A stretch of DNA of 64,000 bases from Chlorokybus atmophyticus. Its lineage: Eukaryota > Plantae > Mesostigma and Chlorokybus algae. Position 1 is the stretch's first letter; each line of letters starts with the position of its first letter. Position numbers and translations under genes: made by a program. The DNA lies in contig RHPI01001037.1 in assembly GCA_009103225.1 (NCBI GenBank), positions 1,419,127-1,483,126 of the forward strand, written 5' to 3'. The notes under the pieces were generated by a model. That model saw only the letters and a program-made list of their open reading frames with translations. It was not told the origin of the DNA and did no database searches. Positions 13,405 through 27,095 of this stretch are shown here, piece by piece.

Positions 13405-15558
13405 CTATTAATTAAACATCATGGTGGTTGGCTTGCGAAGTAAACTGTGGCGCTAGCCATACATGCATACGGGGAGTGCGGCATATTGAGATTAATGATG
13501 ATTAAACAATGCTTGTTTTAACGAGTGCCTGCACTCATTCCACAATTGAGTCAGTGCACATGCAAAGAGTATATCAACACTTTATAATCTCACATAAGCA
13601 CCACGACACAACAGCACCTTCAGTATCCTATACACATCTGTCTCACTGCCCACCTGCATAACCAACACCACAAGAGGGCCAGTAGATGTAGGGTGGTAGT
13701 GCAATGAAGGTTAGCCCGGTGGTAACAACTGTGAGGCGTGTAGTAGTGTTGATGCAATGCTTGGGTGGTGTGCATGTTGCATCAGGTATAAGTTGTAAGG
13801 CAAATAAGCAATTCAAACGCACAAAAGTAGCACCACAAGCAACAAGCATATTGGACAAAAAGACATGCAAGAAAAACACTTTGATTGTCACAGGGGCTTT
13901 ACGACTATGTGCACTACGTGCTCTAGGCGGGGCGCGGCTGTAGGATGCCATGGCAAGCATGTGATTCGTGTGCACAATAGCTCATTACATACTATGTGCA
14001 CCAGCTTAGCAAGCATAAGGTAAATAACACGGGCCCGGCATACACACAGATATCATACGACAATGCACGAGAGACAAACAAACAACGGCATGAACAACCA
14101 ATAACAACTCATGTGCAACACGTAGGGTGCGGTCATCGTCTGCTTGCGTGCTCTGCTGCCTGCTATCCCCCTCCGACTCACTTGCAATCGCGTGTTAGGT
14201 ACGCCACGTAGGAATAGCTTATGCCTCTACTTGTCTGTTGCTAATGCTGGTGTGTGCGTGTGTGTCCGTATTCTTTGCGCTCGTATTGCTATAACAGCTT
14301 AATTACACACACTTAACACTCAAGCATATTTTGGTACAGCCACGCTAGGCATGATTGGCAGGGGATAGACCAGCAGTATGGCAGTGGCGGGCTGTATGCA
14401 TCCTGTGAACTTCACACGCTTGAGGCATGCAACGACAATGGTAGGGTTTATGCTCGATTGATATCAAGTTGCACATACCATGCTACGATCGCAAAATGAA
14501 GCATCAATAAGTGAGTTTGGGGTTTCATAACACATTCTCTGTCTATATGCCTTTCTTTTAGCATCTAATAAACATTTTTAGGATGATAAATAACCTTATT
14601 GGTTAGAAATTGCAACTACATGATCTTACGCAATGTATAAGCGTATGTAATTTACACATGTAAATTATATTACAAGATCTCAATACTTGAAAGCAAGATG
14701 TAGCAATCAACAAACATGAACAAACTAAAATAAAAAGCAATAAAGTCCAACCTCATCGAAGCCCTTGCCTTTACTTGCAAAGCTTTAGAATTGCATAAAC
14801 CCATGCGACGTCCGTTAATGTGCGTAACGTATGTCACGAAGCAAGGATCACATGGTCTTATTGCTGAACTTACCAATGATCGCCAAAATGAACACGTCAT
14901 TCGACATGCGTCATGTGATAATGATAATCACCGCAGCTATTCCTATACCCAGCAAGGGCTGTTCTCCCTGTAAGTTCCAGACCACACACCCAAGAGGATT
15001 CGGCCCACGTGGCCCAGCCCACTCACCAATTTGCATTGACACGCACAGTCCTGCGTTGCATGGCGAAAAAGGCAGCCATGCAAGCTAAATCTGACCCGGG
15101 CATGCCAGCTTGCAACTGCGCCATCCCGGGGGTTCCTTCTCTCCAAAACAGTGCGTATCCAGGGAGCGGATAGGGCCGCGCCTCTGTGGCATACACACAG
15201 CAGCGGCGGCAGCGTTTGCTAGGTGTATATATTGGTTACTGCGCGCAGACACGCACAGCAACGGTTAGTGTGGTTTGACTTTGAGTTGAGGTGAAGGAGC
15301 AGCTGAGCGTGTCAGGACAAGGTATGCTCCTGCGTGTCCATGCCCGTGTGCATGTACATGTCCATGTACATGTCCACTTGCATGCCCATGTCTGTACTTA
15401 AGTCTTGGTTGATAGACTATGCCGTTGCTTGCTGCAAGTTTGGCGCAGGCAATTGTGTTGTGCGTGCCTGTTTGTTTGAAGGCAGCGTTGCATGACAAGT
15501 AATCCCGCATGCGCTGTTGTTGCAGGTTGTGGCGTGACAAGCAAATCCACAGACAGCA

Positions 15559-15990
15559 ATGGCGGACGAGGAGGTGCAGCCACGCGTCGGAGACCCCAAC
15601 AGCTCCGACCCCATGGAGAGAATCCGCGCAGGAGGTTCCAAGGGAGGACAGGTCCGTTTGCACTTGTGTGTATGGCTCTTGGGTTTGACTAGACACCTGC
15701 TGTGTGTGGGAGTATTGACACATGTGTGGGCGTGAGCAGAAGGGTGGTAAGGTTCGTGCTGAGCAGCTTGGGCATGACGGATACGTTGAGATGGGCACCA
15801 AGGGCGGCCAGACGGTGAAGGAGATGGCGCAGGTGAGTGAGAGACACAACACCATACGGTAGTTGCTATGAATAGATCATCTGCATCCAACCGATTGAAC
15901 CTTACGTTTCTTGTGCAGCGTGCTGCCGGAGATGATGAGGCTGCTGATGAGACCAAGGCCGCCAAGGACAAGATCATGCCTCATGACTGA
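15559..15990 (+). CDS. Em-like / group 1 LEA (LEA_5, KGG-motif) protein, copy 2, 3 coding exons
   Basis: MADEEVQPRVGDPNSSDPMERIRAGGSKGGQ/KGGKVRAEQLGHDGYVEMGTKGGQTVKEMAQ/RAAGDDEAADETKAAKDKIMPHD*; near-identical to copy 1 with matching intron positions. Confidence 0.82.
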
Positions 15991-18485
15991 TCTGCTGCCG
16001 CGGCAAATACGAGCTTAGAGCTGTACATGCTGTGAGTAACAGCAGTACATTTGCATGCTTCGTAATGGTTCATAGGTTGTAGCCCATTTCTTCGGTAGAT
16101 GTAGAAAGACCTTTGTGTACATTTCCTGTAAATCAGATAGACGAAGTAAATTGTGTACTCCCATTCTGACATGGTCATCTTACCTCTCTTGTGTGCGTGT
16201 CGTGCACGGCATTAGTTGTGAAATGACCAACTGCAGCTTTGATATGGTGACATTGCTTGCACAATATTTCGCAGGCAGCATTTCATAGACAGTCGTAGTA
16301 TTGCAACATTCTTAACTGCTGACATGTGTAAAGCATTGTAAGAAGCTTGCAACACAATCAACATTTGACACAAGTACTGTTTGATATGGTTTTAATATAA
16401 TATCGGGACTTCAGTTTATACAACATAGTGCACATTGTGTCTACTCCCAATTCCAACACAGGTTTTATCTCTGCTACCTTCCAAACCAGTTCAATTGCAC
16501 GCATGCAACTGTGGTGTAGCCGCACCCATTGCGTAACCCAGTTTTGCCATTGGGGTAGATAAGCCAACTCAATAAGTCGACCAACCATTACATACCAATA
16601 GAGTTGCACGCAATCTTTGCATTCTTAACGCCTTGTAGTATGTGCATTGTAGTTACCAACCCTGCTGCCATACTCAATCATTTCTGCAGTCACCCGAGAT
16701 CATAGCAAAGCACATTACTCCTCAGAATCTGTATATAATCAAACATAAGCAACAGCTTCAACAGATTATGGCAGCATCCAACATGACTAACAGACAGTAT
16801 GGATGGTGGAGCAGAGGCTGTGCAGCTGAGAGCTTTAGGTAGTCTGACAATGGCGAGATAGTGTTAGTGCAACAACAGCAGCAGCAACAACAATAACAAC
16901 AACAACAATATCAACCACAAGCTGTAGTGCGCAGGCTCACCGCAGCACCGGTAACAGTTCAGAGCAAGAAAGCACCAAATGAATTTTCTTACCTACACAT
17001 CCACTGTGCATAGGCGCACTACCAAGTGCGCCACACTACCATCGCAGCGGCTACAAAGCATATCACCACTGCACTGCGCCGTTGGACATCAACAGTGCAA
17101 CAGTGCACGCTATCACAAGCCAGCGTCACCGCGCTCTCTGTGACCATGAAAATGGAAGTGTTTGAGCTTTCCAGCGTCACCAGCCTTACCCACCTCACTG
17201 TGTGATGTCATGCGGCACTATCTGTGTGCATGGCTGAGCGTGAAGCAGCTAGGGACTGCCGCAGTTCTCGGGTTTGTTATCACAGAGACAATGGCAACTG
17301 ACTGCATACCTTACAGTACGCCATGCAGTTGGTGAAAAGCTGAGACTTTCAGCACAGTGGTGCAAGTCAGTTGACCTGTACTAAAGCAGATATAAGCAAT
17401 GATGACGGCTAAAGGCTCAACCGTTTACACGAGCGTTGTATGCTCAACCTGTCAATGCGTCGCCGACCTACTGCATATCTCTTGCTGTACTTGCGATTGC
17501 ACAGCATACAGAGCACTTGGGCTATTTGCAAGTTACCAGCAAGATTGCTCTAACAAGTTCTGGGAATAATATGTAAATGTGTTGGCCTGTTTGTTTACTT
17601 ACCCTGACAGAGTATGCTTAAGAGTGCTACTAACGGGGGACGCTATTTTACCGTATGTCTGTGCATAGCTCATTGCACAATTGCACAACACAAGTAAAGG
17701 CACATGATGATATGGGCAATGTATACTCACGTGCAAGCTCTACGGGCATGTAGCTGAGAAGCATACTCTGCAGCATGTGCAGTAATATTACACAGCGTAA
17801 CACATTATCACATGACATAATATTACACATATCTACCATACCAGCAGTACCATCATTACCGTCAGCTTTTTCATCTGGTCACTCGCAGCAAACTGCCACA
17901 AAAGTTACTAGAGCTAGGATATGGAGTTATTTGACGATGTTACCAGTTAAGAAGAGTTAAGTGGAGTAGATATTATTATCTTCCCCGGTACACACTGCAG
18001 CAGAAAGTGGCCAGTTGCGCTACATCGACACATCAGCTGTATCAGAAAGGCAATTCACACACTTCACACTGTCAAATTCTCATCTAGACATTCAAATACT
18101 ACCACCAAAGCTGCACGCATCACAGAATACAGTTAACAGATCCTGTCAGATGTGCATCACCCACATGAGAAAAGAAACCCTCTTTATTCCACAAGGAATT
18201 TCAAGTAGCTACACCTGCACAATATTTACGGTACAATGTACTAGCTAGTCTGAACTAAACTACAAACGGCAGTAAGGACATCTCAGGCTGGCAAACAAGC
18301 CGGTCAGCAAACAGTGTGCAGCCAGATGGCGCCACTGCAGAATAGTAACACAAAATTGGATGCACAAAGAGTAGTTGCCGCAGCCATGTCAATTTGGCAC
18401 ACCAGGACATGGGGCCTGGTCTGCTATATTGAATGTGAACCCTCCGTGTGCAAGAAACGCGAGATGGCAGTGCAGGCGACTGTGT

Positions 18486-21400
18486 CTACCAATCCTCCTC
18501 ATCATCACTGACAGCCTCTCCGCGCTCAAGCTTGGCCTTGCGGATCTTTTCCCTCTTCTTCTTCTCCTGTCTGCTGAGCTCCTTCTTGGGAGCCTTCACC
18601 TTGATGGTATTACCCAACGCATCCAGCACCTCCTCCTGAGGCTTCCATTCCAGCTTGTCACCACCGCCCACAATGTTGGGCACACCCTTGGCAGTCAGCT
18701 TGCCATCAGCAACGAGCCAAGACTCTGGGCACAGCTCACCAGCGAACTCTGCAATGGCAAACATAACAGATCAGCAACCCCAGCATGACAGGCACAGCAA
18801 AGCAAAACAAACAACGCCTAGCACAGGGCAATGTAGCTGTGTGAAAACGAACCTCGGTTGTGGGTGATCATGATGACACCACCGCCAAACTCCTTGATGG
18901 CACCAGCAAGGGCACCAAGAGAGTCGCGATCCAAGTAATTGGTGGGCTCATCAAGCACCAGCATGTGGGGGTTGTTCCACATAGCAGCACCAAGCACGAC
19001 CTTGACCTTCTGGCCACCAGACAGACCACCAATGTGCGTATGTGTGCTGATCTCGCGCTCCAAGCCAACATCCATCAAGTGCTTCTCAATGTTGGCCTGA
19101 GTGAGGGGCTTTGCGACCATGCCCATGCGTGCAGCTTCCTTCATGTCAACATCGTTAACCAGCTTGGAGAAACCCATCTCCTCCAAGAAATCGCGGGTGA
19201 GCCAGCTGTTCTTGTCAGGGCCCATGCCCTTCCACGACACCTCATACTCGTAACCCTTCTTGAGCTTGCGCCTGCTCACGATCTTGTCAACAACCTTCTT
19301 GATGCCGTCATGCATGAACTGCGATGCCATCTTCTTCTGCTCCTCTTCTGTGAGGATGCGTGTGACCTTCTCCTGTGACTCCCTATCCTCTCCGGTGGCA
19401 TACCGCCACTGAATATACTCATTGGCAGTCTTGTCCAGGTGCTTCTCAATGTGATGGAAGGCGTGCTGGGCAACGTAGGCAATGCGCAGGTTGGGGTGCT
19501 TCCAGACAACACCCTCTTGGGGCTCCATCTCTCCGGTCAGAATCTTGATCATGGTGGACTTGCCAGCGCCATTGGCACCCATGACGACAACACGACTGTT
19601 GAGTGTGCAGAAGATGGAAACACCTTCCAGAACCTTGCGGGTGGTGTTGGGGTAGGTGAAGCCGACCTGGTGCATCTTCAGGATGGCCCTGTCCTTGCTC
19701 TTGATACCCTCCAGGAAGCCAGGCTCTGGCAGGGAGAACTTGATGGTAGTGTCAGCAAGCTTGTAATATGAGGCAGCCTCTGGCCGGACCTTGACCAGCT
19801 CAGAGAGGTTGCCGCGATAAGTCCTCAGCTTGCGGCCCTCGTAGTGGATGATGTGTGTGCAGACAGTGTCTAGGAAGCCAGAGTCGTGGGAGACAATCAT
19901 ACTTGTGACGGTGGGAAGGTTGGTCAGGTAGTTTTCCAACCACGCGACATTCTTTACATCCAGATGGTTGGTGGGCTCATCAAGAAGCATGATATCTGCC
20001 TTATACAGCATGGCGCGAGCTGCAATGCAACCAGATCAACTGTTAGCAATCAGGCTAGTGGTTGTAAACCAACGTATCCAGCACAGCATGGCGGCAAGCT
20101 TACCAAGGGCAAGCTTCATCCTCCAACCACCGGAGAGAGAAGCAACGGGGGCCTTCTGCATCTCCTCGGTAAAACCAACGCTAGTGAGTATGCTCTCACA
20201 AACGGAAAGGTCAGGGTGGATGTCGGCCAGCTCAGGCGATGTGACAACAAACTCAATCACCGCCATCTCAGATTGGGTGGCATCAATGTCGTGCTCCACA
20301 TAGATGGTGCGAAGCTCCTCTTTCGGAGGGAAGCCCTCCAGCTGACCATTGGCAATGGCGCGCATGAGAGTGGACTTGCCCGCACCGTTGGGACCGCACA
20401 GACCATAGCGCTTGCCGCGCTTCAGGTGCAGCTTGGCGTTGTTCAACAGAATCTTAGCACCATAAGCCAAGCTGAAATCGCACTTGCAGAGGTCCTCACC
20501 CTCCTCATCATCGTCCTCAGCCGCATTTGCAGAAGTGTCCTCAATGCACCAGTCAAGAACTGCCTTAGCAGCGTTTTCAGCAGCATCCTTGTCCATGAAG
20601 GCAGCCAAATACGGGACAATAGTCTGCAGCACAGAACAGATGTAAGCAACTGGTTGTGGACAACGTTGTTGCAATGCAAGATGTTGGAAAAACAGCTGTC
20701 ACTGACCTTGACCCATTCGCTGGTCTGGAAGTCCTTGATGGCCACCAGGTAGCAGCACAGCTCGCTGACATACTCAAGGGTCGTCAGGGCGAAGTCGTCC
20801 TTCCAGTTGCCGGAGAGATTTTCCTTGAATGCAGCCAGCATGGCCTTCTTATCGACCTTCTTAATTTCAGCAACCTCCTTGGCCTTTGCCTCCTCCTGCA
20901 CGCGGACAAGAGTGGCATGTGCCCGCGCAGCGACTGTGCGGGCTTCGGGATCAGAGATCTCATTCTTGGCACGCTCCATGTCTGGAAGAAGCTTTGGAAG
21001 GAACACAGTGGCATCGGTGGGATCATCTACAAGCTGAAAGCCCAGACAACAGAGTTAGTCACTGAGAGTGATGCAACTGGAGCCACCTAGACACCACAGC
21101 GCAGAAACAGTACCTTGGCCATGTTGTCAATGATGACAGCTGTCTGACGCTTGACAGCAGTCTGGCGCTCACGAAGACCACGAATGAGGAGAGGCACCAT
21201 GATGGCAAGCGTGGGGGCCTTTACGGACTGCACGAAAGTAGTTCCAGCCAACTTCCGAACGCACTCAGGCGTCTCATGAGGGCGAGCCAGACAGCTAATG
21301 AGCGCTGGCACAAAGGGCTCAATATCCTTGTTATCTTCAACGCTGCATAGCTCCGTCATGGCCGTGAAGGCAGCAGTCTGCGGAACAGAACCAGACCGTG

Positions 21401-22256
21401 AGTACAGTTGAGGCGTTCATGGCCAAGACAATCTCCAGAATGCAACTTACCACGACTTGCTGCTTTGTATCAGCCATGACGTTGGAGACAGCAGGAACAA
21501 TCTCTGGAAGACACCACGACATCTGCAGTGGGGCAGACCTTGCCAAGGCAATCATGATGTTCAAGGCACCAGCCTTGGTTTGCCACTTGCTGGACTCGAG
21601 CGCCTCAAAAAGGATGGGGAGCAGGACTTTGACGGAGTTGGGGGACAAAATGGAGGAGATGGCAGAAGCGGCCTGGTCAGCAGCCTGGCGCACGCCATTC
21701 ACCTACAGGCAAGAACAGGATGTCAGACAACATGCTCATCAGCTACACACGTTGCGCAACCATGCCAAGCGCCGCTGTGGCAAGGGTTACCTTATCTCCT
21801 TGAAGGTTCAAAATGCTGGAGAGCATGGGCACGACGTAGGGCTCGACAGGCTTGCCCACCACTGAGACCAGCTCTGCAACAGCAAGAAGCGCACCCTCCC
21901 TGGAAAGCGGTTCCTTGGCATCTTCCTTCGCAGCTCTAATCTTGCCCAACAAATCGTTGGTCTGTACACAGACAAGGTCAGCAAACAAAGAAGCAGGTCC
22001 CACTAACTTCATCACTACGCAATTGTCCAAGCAACAGCAACTAACGACCGATTACCTGGAGCGCTGTGATGCCTGCAGTCTTGACAAAAGAGGCTGTCTC
22101 AGCGGCAGCCTTCTTTCTGTCGTCAACCTTCAGAGAAGCCAAGCTGGCGACGAGAGCCGTCACCTGCTTGCTATCCTCACTTTCGAGTGCAACCATCATC
22201 TCCTCTGGCGATGCAGCGGGCGCCTCAGCAACAATCTCGGAAGCACCAGGAGTCAT
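18486..22256 (-). CDS. eEF3: Translation elongation factor 3 (eEF3): HEAT region, two ABC domains, chromodomain-like insert in ABC2, Lys-rich tail; multi-exon
   Basis: FVPALISCLARPHETPECVRKLAGTTFVQSVKAPTLAIMVPLLIRGL; GEDLCKCDFSLAYGAKILL...GPNGAGKSTLMRAI; LSGGWRMKLAL; LLDEPTNHLDVKNVAWL; GANGAGKSTMIK; insert SRRKLKKGYEYEVSWKG; LSGGQKVKVVL; C-terminal KKELSRQEKKKREKIRKAK...DDEEDW*. Confidence 0.95.
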
Positions 22257-23512
22257 CGCTGCAGACTGCGACAACGTCGAGATCAGTAAAACCCAGGGGA
22301 ACGACCACAACTACCATCAACTGACAAGCAGAGAAACGGCGCGACAATTGCAGCACAACTAGCGACTCTCACCTGCTGAAGTACCGGGCTGCAGCCAAAC
22401 GCGACTCGCAGCCAAGCCGAACAACGACGGCCCGCACGGAACAGACTCGCCTGCAGCCTCAACACCAACGCAGCTTGACAGCCAACCTTCGAGCCCAAGC
22501 TCACGACGCACAAACCCCAACGACCGCCGCCGCCACCGCCTTACCCTTCCTCGCCGCCTACCTGGCAGCCGGGAAGCCGCCTGAACTGCTTGTGACTGTC
22601 GCAGGAAACAACGCAATAATACTTAGCGGCGGCGCCGCCCTGTTTATATACCGCCGCTCAACTGTCCGAGCTGGAAGCCGCGCGGCGGATCCATCGATCC
22701 GGAACCAAAGTTTTAGCCGGCGGTTGCGCAATTACTGCCGAGTACTTTACCCAGTGTTTCGGTCAATTGCCTCCACTCTAGGCCGGTTGGGGGTCTGTGT
22801 TGGTCGGACGTTATATGCAATAACAAAAAAGCTGATGCGTGTCTATCAATATATCGGAGCGGCCGCCGTTGCTAAGTCCGTTTTCGGACAGACAACTGTC
22901 TTCCAGCCGCCACGGTCCACCCGTCGGATGGAGCCTGTGCTGAGGCGAGTCGCGCGCTAAACCGTTGATCTGAATGTGGCCGGCGGCGGGAGTCTCCGCT
23001 GTCCGGCCCAGTGCGAATCTGTGGCACGAGCACGGCTCTGAGTGTAGGGTTTCGGGCGCCACCCCTTTTCCTCTGCGGGTCTATAAAAGCTACGGCTGCG
23101 CGTCAGTCTTTCGCTCAGTTTGGTCCACTCAGAGGACCATCAACGGTGCACGGCTGGCTTCAGCGTCCCGGGGCCGCGGATGCGGAATTTGGTGCCACCA
23201 AAGCGCGACCGCGCCTGCCAGCGTGCGGAGTCGAATGGAAGTCACGTGGCGGATGGGGTTGATGACTAGGCATCGCTCTGTTGCCGTCCGATCGTGTGAG
23301 CCGCAAGCAAGCAAGGTGCGGTGTCGTCAATCATGCTGAGGTCTATTGCTCCCAAAACACACTCTGACCAGTTGATGGGTTGCGCAGCGCAGAGATCCCT
23401 CAGCTTGCAGCATCATGCGGCATCTCCCCCTTGATTCGCACGGTTATTTCGGAACTCCTGAGCGAGGCCAGGGCGTGTGCCACGTACACAAAGTACCGTA
23501 TTTGCCCGTATA

Positions 23513-25853
23513 CAGTCCACCCTCGATGTAGTGACCACGGATGTTTCAAGAGAAATTGTCACTGCAGAGAGTTGTCAAGACTTCGATGTAGTGACCAAGT
23601 GTCACTGTAGCGCATTACAGCTATGTAACGACAGTCTGTCGTTATAACGAGGTATGAGCCTGCTGCTAGACTATCCTCTATGTAGTGACTACCGGTCACT
23701 AGATCGAGGTGTGCATACAAACTCAGCATGCATTCATTCGTGTCAAGTGCAAGCATGCCAACACACTGCACATGTGTGTGATGCCTTCGCTACAATACTC
23801 TATATTAATACATACATAATGAACTCCACACAGCCACAAATGAACGAATGTCCACTTGCCGCGTGCGCATTGTGTTAACGGCCGATGCGCGCAACGTCTT
23901 GGCAACGATGCGCTGCATATCCAAAGCATCGCGAGGTGTGAATGTGGATGCATTGTCGTTGATGAACACTTGCAATCGACTAGCTATCAAGCGAGCTTCC
24001 TATAATGGAACGCACGGCGGGGGGATGTTATCAGCATTAGCGTCGCCCGGATCGTTCTCTTACATCAAATGAGCCAGGCTCTGTACCCAACTCCACCAGC
24101 TCCTTCACGCTCAACTCCGCCTCAACTTCATTTTCTTCAATCAAGTCGACATACTCTTCCATGGTCGTCTTGTCTTTGAGGTCAAGACGACCAATGAGAG
24201 AAGCAAGCTCATCAGCATCATGCTCCTCCAGGCGTGTTGCAGAGCGCTCATCGGCTTCACGGATGTCGGCATCCCATGATGATGGAAGGATCCCTGTCTT
24301 TCTCCAACAGTTGCAAATGGATTGTGGCTCCACCGATTCCCATGCACTCACCGCCCACTACAAAGCTTGCTTGATGTTGGCTTTAAAGGTTGAGACTAGG
24401 GTGGAAGGGTCATTGGATTCTGACAGCAGCCACTCGATCAGCAACTTTATGTAATGAACCTTTAAGCAAGCTATTATGCCTTGATCTAAGGGCTGGACTT
24501 TGGAGGTGGTGTGGGGAGGGAGGCACACCAGCGTCACGTGAGTAAGCTTCGCAATGTTCAGGCCATGAAGTTCCCCTTTTTCAACATGAGCGTCCGGTAA
24601 AATGTGACGGGACACATTGTTTAGCAGCAGCACGATGTGCTTCTCCGCCATTGACACGCGTGCATTCAGCTTCTTCACCCCGTGCAAGAAGAACTTGGTA
24701 GTCATCCATGCTGAGGCATTGTTGTAGTAGTCCACAAACTTGCATAGATCGAATTTACCAAAGCAACGTGGTTTGGCATACTTGTGAATGAAGACCACTG
24801 GTATGGCATGCGCTGCTTGTCGATGCCATTTACGTTCGCAACAAAGCCAAGCAAGCGTGACACGCTTTTTGCATTTCTTCCGGCCTCGCACTGCTTCTGG
24901 AGCCAGCGTGCGAACTGGCATTTGTCGATTTTCTTACAGTCCAGCCTCAGCAAAGTTGTATGTGGTTTCTGGTGTCGCCCCAAGCTCGTCCATTACTAGC
25001 GGCAACTTCGCACGAGCCCTTGCCACACCTTCTTCGTCGGCATCGGCGGGCTTGTCTTGGTATTTAACGCATCTGATGTTATGCCTAAAAAACAACGTAT
25101 GCTTAATATCAAGTCGCAATGATATACAGGATAACTACCCTTCCAACGTCTTACCTTTCCTTAAACTTCCAACCAGCCAGGGGATGCCTTGAACGCTGCC
25201 TCGTCAATGTGCATCTCATCTCCAAGCTTGATGGCTTGTGTAGTCAGCATGGCGTCTGAGATGTCGACCTTGCATTGCGCTTCTGCGAATGTTGATACAG
25301 CATTAGCATCATCTAGTCAAAACATGTAAGTGTACACGCATGTGTACTAGTATGTAAGTAGCATTGCAGCAACAGACTACTACCACCACCAGCACCAACA
25401 CCAGCACACCACCACCAGCACCAGCACCAATATGCAATCGGCAGATTGCAGCACAAGTATACAACCAGCAAGTGTATGCAAGTGTGTGGGAATGTATGCG
25501 GGTACACGCATGTATGCAAGTGTGCAATCAGCCAATTGCAGCAATGACTACAAACCACATGAGGCCGCCCCTGCCGCTGCCGCCGCCGCCGCCGATGCCA
25601 CCTCTACCGTAGCGGCTGTGACAGCCGCTACCTCCACTTCGGCATTTGACGCCGGAACCTCGCTGCTATCTAACCATAATCAATGGATTCCATGCTATGT
25701 ACCCTTGATATAATGACATTTGCTATTAGCACTACCTGTCGTTACAGAGATTGTGATAGTCACTACAAATCATATGCGAATCGGTTATGCAAGTAAATGT
25801 CACTATTGCGAGGGTGTCATTGAAACGAGTGTGATTACAGCGCGGGTAGACTG
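23513..25853 (-). mobile_element. pogo/Tigger-like (Tc1/mariner superfamily, DDE_1/CENP-B type) DNA transposon 1, degenerate
   Basis: Imperfect TIRs CAGTCCACCCTCGATGTAGTGAC (23513, preceded by TA) and the reverse complement of 25831-25853, CAGTCTACCCGCGCTGTAATCAC (18/23 match). Subterminal TGTAGTGAC repeats. Broken transposase: ISDAMLTTQAIKLG...FKASPGWL (HTH), KKRVT, YYNNASAWMT, LPPHTTSKVQPLDQGIIACLK, ICNCWRKTGIL. Confidence 0.85.
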
Positions 25854-26271
25854 CACCCCCCCCCCCCCCNNNNNNNNNNNNNNNNNNGGCTTTGTTTGAC
25901 ACCCCCCTTTTACGGACAAGAATCTTATCTTGCCGCAAGATAGTACCCTAATACACCCCCCCCCCTCATTGCGTTTGCGTAGTAGGGGAAGACGTGGTGC
26001 GTCGGGGTCGAACGAACGGTGTTGTGTTTGGTCGTGCTCTGTAATTGATGGACCATATACACAGCATCGACGACGACCGCCGTGCGTTGGGCGGAGTACA
26101 GTCTACTCTCCTTATAAGTATACACTTGGTCCTCAAAAATAATATACTTATAAAATATATATGTTTACCTTCATATAAGTATGTAATATGTTTACATGCA
26201 TATCAGTATAATAAATACTTATACACAGAGTCAGCCCATTTGCAGCACCTCTTTGTTATAAACATAGATAT

Positions 26272-26874
26272 TGTCATGTCTGTTGTCCGCGCATGGCAGC
26301 CATCATCGGGCCTGCCTACATCGAGACCCTCGCCCGGCCTACCAGCATACCGACCCGCTTACGGCACTGACCAGTAGCTAGGTCATAACTCTAGGATAGC
26401 TCATGACCATAGCCTACATAGGCACCGCGCGTAGGTGATTAGTTGTGAAATCAGTTGTAAGTTGTGTTCTACATCGAGTGGAAATTTCTATGAAAATAGC
26501 CTCGATATGACCGTTAGCTTATGTTCTGAACAGTCATGGTTTGACTTGTATAAGTAGTCACAATGATCACCGGATCAGCTGGTGACACTGTGAGTAAGAA
26601 GGCTAAGAGCTTATGAAGCGACTTGAACTACGAACACGCCGTCCCAGTTATTAGGAAACCCCTCACCGTGTGGAAGCTTGTGCATGCTCTTGTGCACCGC
26701 GCTTGTCATTGCTGTGAGCTTGGTGTGCCTGGTTGCGGTGTGCGTATTGGCATCAGTTAGGGCATAGCATCCACGTGTTGCTTGCTCATTCACCTCACTT
26801 AACATTGTAACACATTTTCCACTCATGCAAAGAATTGTATAAACAGCACTACCTATAATAGTGGCTTGTTGACT
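26272..26874 (+). repeat. Terminal repeat A1
   Basis: Aligns end to end with 36495-37099 (roughly 85-90% identical by eye). Starts TGTCATG, ends GTGGCTTGTTGACT. Confidence 0.93.
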
Positions 26875-27095
26875 TACAGTGTCACCCTCTTTGCTCAAGT
26901 GAGTGTAGTTGCATTCTGTTCTCTCATCAGAAGTGCAGCTTGTGATGTTTACATCTCAGTGCATTGTTGTCATCGCCATCGCATAGTGCGCACAAGCACT
27001 AGTGTCACACAGTTTTGGTATAGCAGCATTGGTGATATCATTGTAAGAGTACAAACGCTCTACCCTTCATACACCTTCACCATTGCATTAGCTGT

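Noticed and set aside
12800-14300. Possible small minus-strand spliced gene (Cys-rich snippet SICGGACRGC)
   Set aside because: Could not assemble a consistent reading frame or recognise a family.
16300-17950. Scattered minus-strand donor/acceptor-like sites suggesting an unannotated gene between LEA copy 2 and eEF3
   Set aside because: No coherent spliced ORF found by eye; needs RNA-seq.
22475-23339. 161-aa and 121-aa plus-strand ORFs upstream of eEF3
   Set aside because: CpG-rich promoter/5'UTR region, alternative start codons, no homology recognised.
26875-26890. A1 as a normal LTR ending ...GACTTACA
   Set aside because: Homology to A2 stops at ...GACT, and no PBS follows the CA.
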